Origin: Octopus sinensis
Lineage: Eukaryota
Direction of reading: 5' to 3'
DNA length: 64,000 nucleotides
Assembly (NCBI RefSeq): GCF_006345805.1
Contig: NC_042997.1
Location: 100,130,001-100,194,000, forward strand
The notes beneath the pieces are model-generated. The model was not told where the DNA came from. It saw only the letters and a program-made list of their open reading frames with translations, and made no database searches. Of the stretch, positions 48,801 through 60,800 are shown piece by piece (the first letter of the stretch is position 1; each line of letters begins with the position of its first letter). The translations under genes were made by a program, and so were the position numbers.

Positions 48801-51800
48801 GATGAGATTCTTAAATATGAAGAAGGAAGCTTACAACCTTCTATGACAGCCAACAAGAAACTGAGGGCCATTTTCAAAGCAGGCACATGCAAAACAACTC
48901 GCAAAACTGAAGACCTAAAAGTCGGTCATTCAATAGCCATCCAACATTTACAAACTAGAAAGGTAGACAGGCAGACTAGCTTATCAAATGGATGCCACAC
49001 AACAATTACTGCTATGAAGTCTGCTCTGTAGTTCCTTTAAATAAAAAATGAAACTAAAAAGAATCTTGTTTTTAAAAAAATATTGTAACATGGGGAAAAA
49101 AAAAAAAAAGGATTTGACCCGGGAGAAGCATCAAAAACTTTCTCAAACAGAAGGTGCATTAAATAAAGATCGCTGTTTGATGGTCAGTAAGCGAATTCTT
49201 CACTACTATTTCTTAAATGCTAATGAAAACATCATAGCAGAGAAGTATTACAAGAAAATTGATGACTTTTTATAAAAAAAGGTTTTCAATAATCAAGCAG
49301 TAGTTCAAAATGCTTTTGAAGAATCAATTGGTTCCAGAATTCTATGCTACAGGGATAAATAGACTCCTTTCTTGTCGGCAAAAATATGTAGAGTCTAATG
49401 GTTATTGTTTTTGCACTTATTAGGCAGTAAGTAGATATTTAAAAAGTTATAAAATATTGACAAGAGATAATAAAAATTTCACTTACGGTTTTGAAGATGA
49501 GGATGAATTTGAATCACTGTCTGTTTCCCGGTAGTTACCCCTTACTTTATCCTGCTCTTCCTGGAAACAGAAGGGATAATCAATTTTTTTTTTTTTTGGT
49601 TTGTATGATCAAGTTAATTTCTTAGCTAGTATATTGCCTTACTAAAAATTATAAAATAGAAGTCAGAAAATCTACACCAGAAAATCTTATAAAAAGTTTT
49701 TCATACAATCTTAATTGTTAACCATTGCACTATAAAATAATTTGTATCTGAAAAAAAAAATTAACAATGTCATTCTTTCTATATTTACAATATTTTCGGG
49801 TTGTTTTTACATTTGTTTCTCTATGTTTGTATGGATCTAATATTATTGAGGCATTGTTTTACAACACTTCTGTTACCAACCATTAGTCATTTACAAGTAA
49901 GTCATCTCTTACTCCACATATTGAAAATGCAAAGCCAGCAGGTGATTTGTTGACAGGGGGAGATAACAACGACATCACTGCTTGTAGCTGAGTAATTCTC
50001 AGAGAAGCACAAAGGTAAACAGACAAGCACACAGTCATTTACATGAGACTCGTTTAATTACCATGTTCCAAATCAACTCACAAGGTATTGGTTGGCCCAA
50101 GGCTGTATGAGAAAAGACTTGCCCAAGGTGCTGCACAAAGGGAAATGAATCCAAAATCATCACAAAGATAAAATAAATACCCCCTCTACAACTCATTATA
50201 ACTATTGCACAACAAACTTATAAACATTCTTTGACCTACCCACTTATTAATTTATAATCATTTTAATAGACTCTAATGACATAAACAAAAGTCTTCCACT
50301 GCTTATAAAAGGATCAAATGCCACTGTTTCCCAAATAAAATAAAATCCAATTTGCAGCACACAGTTTAGCCAGACAACATAGATATGTAGTACATACATT
50401 CAAGAACAAAAATTATTGAAGAATCCAAACTGCATACTTAACAAAATAACATAAAATTTATCTCAATTATGCAGCAGAAATAACCAACCAAACAAACAAA
50501 AACAACAACAACTAAGAACAACTTAAAATACAACACTTACAACCATACTACTACTGGCATCAACACAGCTTTCAACTTTATTCTCCACTTTTCATTTATA
50601 GTTTTTACTCTAACAAGCTTCAACCCAAACTATTCCTACAATTATAGTCACTCCTATCTCTAACACTCAGACAGGTCTATAATCCTAAGAATATTAACCC
50701 TTGTACTTAATTCAGTAAAACACAATACATGAAAATACCAGCAGCACCAATAATTTCATTTGTTTAAACAACCTAGGCTCTTCCCTATGGCCACCACCAG
50801 AACTTGCAGGCATAGATAATAACAGATTGAACCAGGAGAAAATGTAACATGCTGAGGCTGCTGCACTATGCCCCATACTATAAACATCTGCATGTCAGAA
50901 TGTAACTTATTGCCTTCATCTAAGTAGAGGAATAAGGGTCACTGGATCTGTCTAGTAAACTGTCTGCTTAATCAAATCTGGAGTAGGCCTATACAGCTTG
51001 TATTCAAACTGAAAAATATCATGTAAAGACTACAATTCCATCCTTAATTCCATCTTTTCCAGCCTTGCAACTCTATATTTCAGAACACTTAGGTATATCA
51101 GTATTCAACATAACCAAACAATGCATGAAAATGTGAGTGTAATGTGGACTTAAATTACACTGTTGAGTCACAGAGTTTCCTTTTTTTTACTTTTATAAAA
51201 AGATTATATTTTTAATAATGTAGTTTATCTAAGAGCACTATGTGTTGTCAATATTGCATTTCAAAATTAGATTATCATCATCATCATTTAACGTCTGTTG
51301 TCCATACTGGCATGGGTTGGACTGTTTGACTGGGGTGGCACCAGACTCCAGTCTGATTTTGCATGGTTTTCTATGGATGGGTGTCTTTCTTAATGCCAAC
51401 CACTCCAAGAGTATAATGGGTGCTTTTATGTGCCACCAGCACAGGTGCCATTTGCATGACACTAGGGTGCATTTACATGCCACTAGCATGGGTGCCAATT
51501 TGAGTAACACCAGTATCTTCAACAACTGCGATTTTGCTTGGCTTGATGGGTCTTCTTCTCAAGCACAACATAATGCCAAAGACCTTGGTCATTGCCTCTG
51601 TGAAGCCCAACACTTGAAAGGAACTCAGTCACTTTGCCTCTGTGAGTCCCAACACTTGAAAGGAACTTGGCCACTTTGCCTCCATGAGGCCCAATATTCA
51701 AAAGATGTTCTTTACATGCCACCAGCACAGGTGCACTTGGCTTGACGTGTCTTCTCAAGCATAGCATATCACCAAAGGTCTCTGTCACCAGTCACTGTCT

Positions 51801-54800
51801 CTATGAGGCTCAGTTTGAAAATCATGCTTCACCACCTCATCCTATGTCTTTCTGGGTATACCTCTACCACAGGCTCCTTCACAGTTAGAGATCTTTATAC
51901 AGCTTCCCTGTCCATACCTGCACAGTCGTCTCTTGCACACCACATATGATTCCTTTTATGCCTAACTTTTCTCTCAAGATGCTTACACTGTCTAACATAC
52001 ACACTGACATTGTACCTCCAGTGACGCATACTGGCTTCATTTCTTCAAAGCCTATGCATGTCTTCAGCTATCATAGCCCATGTTTTACTGCCATACAGCG
52101 TAGCTGTTTGCACACAGGCATCAAACAATCTGCCTTTCACTCTGAGAAAGAGGCCCTTCGTTGCCAGCAGGCATAACTCTTTGAATTTTGCCCAGCCTAA
52201 ACTTATTCTCACAGCTATGCTCTCGGGGCACCCCCTCCACTACTAACTTGGTCACCTAGATAACATAAGCTATCAACTACCTCTAGCTTGTCCCACTGGC
52301 AGTTGATGGAGTTTACTTTCTGTGCATTTTCAGCATTTATTGTACCTGTGCACCTTTCACATACAAAAGTTAGTTTCTCTGTTAACCTTCCTCTGATGTT
52401 GCTGCACCTTTTATGTGTCCAAAGCTTACACTGAATGCATCTTATGGAGTTTCTACCTACACCTTTTCTACAGATTGAGCAGGGCCATCTATCTGAAGGG
52501 ATTTGTGATTTGTCTATGTAAAATAAATCTTACCTTTAAGGATTCCTGGAATGATGAGGCCTGATATTGTGCATATTTAGCTACACAAGTATGGCCCCGA
52601 CTACTTTCACAATACCAAAGGTTGTTTCCATACTGATCTTTGTTTTCATCAGGAGGTTGTTGACGCTAAGAGAAAATATAAGAGAAAAATGGAAAATTTA
52701 AAACAAAAAAGTTGAAAATGTATATTGTAATGTGGAAAATATTAACGCACTTTTGCACACTTATAATTTATTGTTGAACATAATATTTTGGAATAAAATA
52801 TTTCATACTTAAAACAGGCCTTTCTACTATTCACTTTTTCATTAGCCTTTGCTAGATTTGTGGAGCAAAATATTTTATAACAAGATATCTTCCTTAAAAC
52901 TAATAATTTAACAATGACATAAATGTGATACTCATTTTTAGTGATCTGTAATAAAATATTAATTTCCTAAGTACAAAATATGAAGTCAATGGAAGTCTAT
53001 ATACAGTTTCCTTTACTTTATATTCATAAGAAAAGCAGCTGTAACATATGATAAACTTGTCAAATTAAGATTACCTGGAAGGAAAAGAAAGAAAGAAGAA
53101 ATCTCTTACTTGTGTTCGTACTTCAACACGATGGTCAGCATTAGCTTCAACTAAAGATTTTGTAGAAAATAAACCGAGATCTAAAATAAAAGAAATATAA
53201 ATCCTTAGTTTTTCTATTCATTATTACAGCAAAGTTAATTTTATCTTTATTTTTTTAAATGACTTCATATGCTTGTCATGAAGTTCCATATTTGCTAAGC
53301 GATCTAATGGATAAGGAAGATTAAATAATTTTGAAGTACTGATTTTTGCAGAAAAATGACAAAAATGAGGTTCTATTCAAAACACTATTGTGTCAGTATT
53401 ATTAATAATCCAAACAAAAAAAAAGTGGGCCATAAGAAAAGAGTCAAATTTCATTTATTACCAGTAAAATGTTTGACTACTTGGGAATGAAGAATGTGAT
53501 GTATCTATTTTCTAACTGAAGCTTTTAATGACTATACATATTCTTTATGTGACTAAATTTAACAGAAAAATGAACTATTTAAATGATCAGTTCAGCTCAA
53601 GTTAAATATTCTATTAATTTAGTCATTGCAGTCTAATTACAAATAAAATGAAAATAAGCTAGTGCGATAAACAAAGAATTTTCATAATGCAAGTGACATC
53701 TAAACTTGACAGTTTTCAGAAGATGCTACAAATGTCTCTGTGCTCACATCCACACAAAATTAATCAAGAGATATTTCTACTGCAAAGACTGACATTGATA
53801 ACAGAGTTCACCAACCCACACTTGAGGCTTTAATTATACTCTGAAATACCAAGATACTCTAGCTAATATCAGAACAATTTAAGCCCTTGCATATTATATT
53901 TTTGCAACCATTTCCTGGGTAGTAGCAAAGATGGTGTGGATAGCTTGTAGCCAGGTCACCGCAAACAAATAAATGTTACATCTAAGAATACAATAATCAT
54001 ATTAATTTTTGCTCATATAAAATTCAGAAAGTTTCAGAACTCAAACAAAAATTGAACGAAAAAATTAGAATTATAGTAAGCCTAAATAATGTTATCAGAA
54101 CCTGCTTCTGTGTTATTTAATCCTTATTTTTACTTTATGCATTGCCTAATCCCTTTTCATATATTTTTTAAAAAGAGATATGGATGATCATATTTCCTTA
54201 TTTATGGCTACACTTTTCATAATGCCAATAAATGTTAGCTAAATTAAATTCATCTAGGACAAACTGAGGAGAACAATGTAAGGAAGTGCTATAATATTCT
54301 TACAAATATTTTAAGTATCTGAAGTCACTTAAAGCGTTAGTTTAATAAAGCTTAAACCAACATTAAATTATATTTAATAATTGTTATACCTTAAGTAATA
54401 ATTCTTTTACAATACATTAACCTCTAATTATCATTACATTTACCTCAATTAAGATTGTTATAATAAAACCATGTCAAAATAATCAGAATAATTTGACTTA
54501 CCTAATTTCAAAGCTCCTGCTAAACCACGGATCACCACGACAGGTTGCGTATAACAATATTGCTGTAACTCTGGAGAGAATGCATCACGCTTACTTTCCA
54601 ACTATAATAGACAAATAATATAAGGCTAATGATGCTTTGAATGAAACAAAACCATTAATAAAAGAAGATAGAATACCTTTCCTTAAATGTAGTATATGTT
54701 TCATGTAAACATTTTCTAATGGATAGTTATGCTAAACTGAACCAAGTGAGTACTGAGAGAATTTAAAATATAGAAATTGCAATGTGAGTAATAAAAAGGG

Positions 54801-57800
54801 AAGATTTAAATAAAAGTAAAACCGAGTTTAGGAATATAATACTAAACTAGAGTATTGATCACTGATTGATAGTTGTCCCCCAAAATGTTTTAAGATTATA
54901 AAAACTAGACAACTGTTAAATATAAACAGTACCTTCATTTACTTCATAATAAACTAAATTCTGTCTGCTCTACTTTATTCTTGATGACCTTTTCCTTTTT
55001 AGCCTTCTTATTGCTTACTAAGCCAATTATACTTACTCACCTGACTTGCATCAAATAATCTTTTATGGGATAAATGCTTAGAAATGATGAAGAAAGAAAA
55101 TATTTATAGTCTTAGAAAAGAGTACCAAATTGCTTAATTGTCATCACTTTTCATCAATTCAACCTAGCTTTGATACATATTCTCAGTTCTAATTCATTGC
55201 TCTTGTTTTTGTACTGGAATATCAATACTACATGTGAAGTTTTGACTGATTTTACTTTTAGATGTGTAATATACTCATTTAACTTAACACTAGTTTAAGA
55301 GTATCAGTTTAGATTTCAGAAAAAATATATTCAAGGTGAAAGCAGATTCCTTGACATTCTGAATTACTTCCATAAACAGGAAAAAAAACTTATCTAGTTT
55401 ATTAATTAAAGATTTAAACACAAAACAAGTATAGAATAATTTTTCATAACAAAAAATGCTACAACTGCAACAAAATAATTGTAGCTGTTTAATTCATTAA
55501 AACTAAAAGAATAAAAATTTGGACAAAGAAAGAAAAAAGAAAATACAAATTTTAGTGAAAATTAAGTTGAAAAACAATTTAAAAAGAAGCCTTACATAAA
55601 CACTTGGTGTTGGAGGGTTAAGAGATTCTTTTGGCAGTGGTGGATATGGTGGGGATGCAGGTCGGGGTGGTCGTTCATCAAGAAAATAAGATGTGATACC
55701 ATTTCTACCTATAAATGGAATTTTTAAAAATAAAGCAAACATTAATATTCATCAATTGCAGCTACATGCAATTTGACTTTGAAAAGATGTATTTACTAGG
55801 GTGTGTTATCTTGTATATGGCAACAGCTATTTGAAGGTTATTGATATTACAAAAATAGTAAAAGAGATTACTGGTTTGTCAGCAATTGCTATTTGAAACT
55901 TGAAAATATGGGTGTTATGGACAATATTTTAATAAATAAATAGAATATGAAATTACACAGAACAGAGGTAAACAACTTTATAAACCCCAAAATCAGATTT
56001 CCATGTTTGAAATTAGGAGTTTATATTAGTGTTTGCTTCAAAACGAAAAAAGCTTAGTAATTTGTTTGTCTGCTGCATTTAATTTTGTAATATTTTGGTA
56101 AGAATAGAATTTTTACTGTTTGAAAAACAAAGTTTCTCAAATTTTAGAAGTATTGATTTTATGTATTGGGTCATCCCATAAATAATACAGTGTTCTCAAT
56201 TGCATGGACTAGAAGGCGGGGGGGGGGGGAACAGGATAAACCACCTACATCAACTTGCTATAAAAGCAGGTGGTAATTTTACCTTGTTCTTATTCTTAGT
56301 ACAAGTTTTGAAGAGTGCTGTTCTTAACAGTTATTTTTTCAAAACTATAATGGAATTGATAAAGGAGCATATTTTGCTTTACGAGTTCAATAAAGGTAAC
56401 AACGCAATGGAAAGTGAGGAATTGGACAATAAGTATAAGCTAGTGTCAATGGTGGTTCCTTGAAAAGAGATTTTCATTTAATTCCTAAACCTTAGAGCAT
56501 GTTCATGATAAAGTCGAGACTAAGTAGGCTAGTATGTTAGTAGAACAATTCTGTGATCAACCTTCTCAGTATTAAAGGCTATTCAGCTGTCTGTCTGGAA
56601 TGCTGCACATGTTCTAATCACAAGAATATCAGCTAACAAGTCATACACCTTATACAAAATGAATCTGTCTATAATGTCCTAGATATTTACAACAGTGTTT
56701 TCTCTCAGGCTATTACCAAACCACTATTACTACGGCTGAAATCTTTTCTGAACTCATTTTAAGTAACACTTTCTTAAATATATTTGTCACACTTTCTTCC
56801 CAATTTATGTCTCAATTCTTAGACTTCACACAAAGCACTTTATCCTGTCGTTTTACTCCTACCTACTAAAGAGCCCATACTTCCATCTTAGATAAAAATC
56901 AATGTGCTTTGTGAGACAAATGCAAAAAGAATGAAACAGAGATACTAGGAAACTCATATAATGTTGGCATAAACAAGTGCACAAAACAGAGGGGGCATTA
57001 TGAAAGCTAATAAAAGTTGCCTACATTAACATACTATGTGTAATAATGCTACAGGTAATCAAAGATTAGAAACTTAGTAAGCTCTGACAGATATTTTATT
57101 AGTAGGAAACAAATTACATTTGTAGTATATTTTCTAAGCACCATCCATTCGTGTCCGTTGCCAGCCTTGCCTGGCCCCCGTACTGGTGACACGTAAATGC
57201 ACCATTCGTTCGTGGTCGTTTGCCAGCTCTGTCTGGCCCCGTGTCGGTGGCACGTAAAAGCACCATCCGTTCATGTCCGTTGCCAGCTTCTCGCCTGGCC
57301 TCGTGCCGGTGACACGTAAAAGCACCATCCGTTCGTGGCCGTTTGCAGGTGGCACATAAAAAGCACCCACTACACTCACGGAGTGGTTGGCGTTAGGAAG
57401 GGCATCCAGCTGTAGAAACACTGCCAGATCTGACTGGGCCTGACGAAGCCTTCCAGCTTCACAGACCCCAGTTGAACCGTCCAACCCATGCTAGCATGGA
57501 AAGCGGATGCTAAATGATGATGATGATGATGATAAAGTCCATTTTTTACAGGTACCCAAAGGATTTATTCTATAAATAACAAGATAAGATGTTCATCTAT
57601 CAGACATTTGATGTATGAAAATAAAATCTAAGTCATGAAAGCAGAGATCTGATAGGACCAACAATAGAATAAGATGAGTACAGTATGTAAATGTGCAAAA
57701 TAAGTGTCATAAATAATAAAAACAGAAAAATAAGTAAACCAATGATGTTTGAATTGAAAAAAATCAGGCTTTTGGATGTGAAGTTTTTCAGATAAATTGC

Positions 57801-60800
57801 TTAGAAATTTGCATTACTGTAGACTTCAAAAACCACACCAACATAGTAAAGAGATATTGCACACATAATAATAACAACTAAAAATATATCTCCATAAATA
57901 TTCAATATTGTCTTAATATACAGATTTGAAAAGCAAAATATACTAAAAGTCAAATGATACAACAAAAATATTTAAATAGTGTCATAAATAAAATTTCGAC
58001 TTTATACTGAATAAACTCTATCATTCAATATACTGCAATTTTAATTATCATCATCATCATCTTTTATTTTAAATATTTAAAGCAAATAACTGATTTACTT
58101 ACCTAAACCCTTACATGCTTCAAGGACCTCTCGTGCAGACATGTGTATTGATAAATTTAAGGCAGATTTAGGGGGGTTTAGATATCGGCACAGCAGTCTT
58201 GACTCAACCTTTGTATTAAGAGCTACAACAGGTTCACTTTTGGGAGTGTTTTCATGTGTCATTTTATCACTATTCTGTGACATACCTGCCAAGCTTGGCT
58301 TTTTAGTCTTGCCTTGCATATGAAGAACCTGAGATCTGGAATGTGGCTGACTGGATGAGTTATTGGAGGAAATGGCAGTGTTTCCAATAACAGCTGAAGC
58401 AGTTGTTGTGGCTCCACTTACAGAGGTAATATTTACATTGTTGCTTGGCTGTGTAGTTTGGGAATTATCTGTAGTTCTTTTCTTCTCATATTTCTGGTTG
58501 CTTCCCCCTTGTGAGATGTGTGAAAATAAGTCATCACTAACTCGGTTTTGTAGTAATGTATTCAGCTCCTCATCAGTAACATTTCTTGTCAACGCCACAC
58601 TGTCTTTTGCTGCTGCTGCTGCTACTACTGAATCTGAGATCTGTTGAGATGAAGATGAAATAGTGTTATACATTAACATCATATATATAGTTTTCTATAA
58701 TACAAACAATTTGTTATGTCAGAGATGATAACATTACTGAACCATGTTTGGAAATGTTACCCTGATTGGTTATTGGCGCTGATGACATTAATGGAATATT
58801 CTGCTTTGAGGTACTGTAGAACCATCCCCCTTTGAAATGCTTTAGTTTCTTTGTGAATCTGAAGTTGTCTGTCTATTTCCATTTCTCGGGATAATGGATA
58901 ATAACTTCAGCGGTTCCATTGCTAATTGTAATTGGGCATTTAAATTCATTGTTGTATCTCTAACAGAGTTTGAAGTCAGACTCACAGTAAAAGACTGTAG
59001 ATCACAGACAGTAATTTTAGGAAATGATACTGGTTTCAGAGGGAAAAAAAAAATCTTCACCAGTACCAATCTAGAATGAATGAAAAGCACAAAAAAATTA
59101 ACTAGGATAATTTTTGCTGTTTTGACAAAATTTGCGACAATATTAGGTAGGTGATTTTTTTCTTGAGACTGGAGAGATGTTAGTCATCATTTATTACTTG
59201 GGAATTTGCTTTAATATTGCCAAAAATACAACTATCAAGAATTTATTTAAAAATTCCAATTCCAGATAGCATTGAAATTTATGTTGTTATAGTTTCCAAG
59301 TACTCAGAAAAGAATTTGGTAGTTAAAGAGCTAGATTCTTGTCCCATGGCGTTATATGTTCAAATAAGCCAAAGGAATTAAAGTGCTTGATTCATTTTAC
59401 CTACCTACCAGAGAGAGAGAGAGAGAGACATACAACACACACACCAGTTACAATAATATAAAGGGCACATCTAGCCATATAATAAAAGTGCCAAGTTTCA
59501 GGGACCCAAATGTAGACAATATATATTACAACCTCAATCACCACCATTTGTCTGTTTTACCATGCCTGCAAGGATAGATGTGTCTTCTCTAGCACTGTAT
59601 GTCACCACTCACTGAAGCTCTTTGCCATCTCTTCATGGAGTTCAACCTCAAAGTCAGTCATCACAACTTCTTTTCATATTTTACTAGATGTCACTTCCAC
59701 ATATCCCATCCATTTTGAGTGCTTAGCCCTTCTCTATTATAATCGACTTTCTTCACACATATCACTTGCCCATACTAGCACAATCTTTACTCTTGCACAC
59801 AAGCGTTCTCATATCATTTATACAGATGTTTTGAACACTAACATTATATAACCAGCAAAGCATGCTCACTTCATTTCTCTCAAGTCTTTGTAATCTTTTA
59901 CACTCAAAGTCCATGACTCACTGCTTTTCAGCATCACACTTTTGGCACACACATCCTATAATCTGCTCTTCAGAGAGAGAATTACCTTGATATCAACAGA
60001 ACTCTGGCTATTATGCTTTCAGAACACTTGCCTCCACTGCTAGTAAGGTCACCTAGGTAACAAAATCTACCAACTACTTCTGAGGAAGTTGAAAACTCCC
60101 CAGAAGTAGTTGATAGCTTTTGTTATCTAGGTGTTGTAGAGCCTTCAAGGTTCCTTAGTGGTTGAAAGTATCTATTTCAATACTGATTGCTTCTGTGTAT
60201 CCAAAGTTTAACAATGGGTACACCTTATAGAATTTCCACCCACTTTTCTGTAGAGTATGGTTATTTCCTTTGACTTCTTTCCTGCTAATTAAAACTTTCT
60301 TTTTCCAAAGTTTACTTTGTAGACCTCTTGATTCTAGGCTTTGCTTTCTTGTCTGAAATCTCTTCTCTAGATATTCTATAACATCCACTGTTAAAACTAG
60401 GTCATCAGCATATACAAGTTACATGGAAAAACCAATTTTAAACAACTCTTTTATTGGCAATAGGATATAAACAGGAAGGGGCTGAGATCTAACTGTGATA
60501 GATACCCGTCTTCATGATAAATTCCTTGAACTCATTGCTACTTTTATTTTGCTGACTATAACTTGTGTATATAGCTTAAAGATAATCACTTATTTCCTAG
60601 TTTCCATCAACATCTTATATTCACAGTAGGACAGGAAACTGCCAAGCTTTGTTACTGTGTATATCATTTTACTTAGTTTTGGCATGGTTTTTACTGTGCC
60701 ACTGGCACCAGAGAGGTTGACTGTCATTTCATAACTCTGACATAACAACAAGTATAGAGAAAGTTACAAGTGACATGTAAAGAAAATTCTTTGTCAACAA

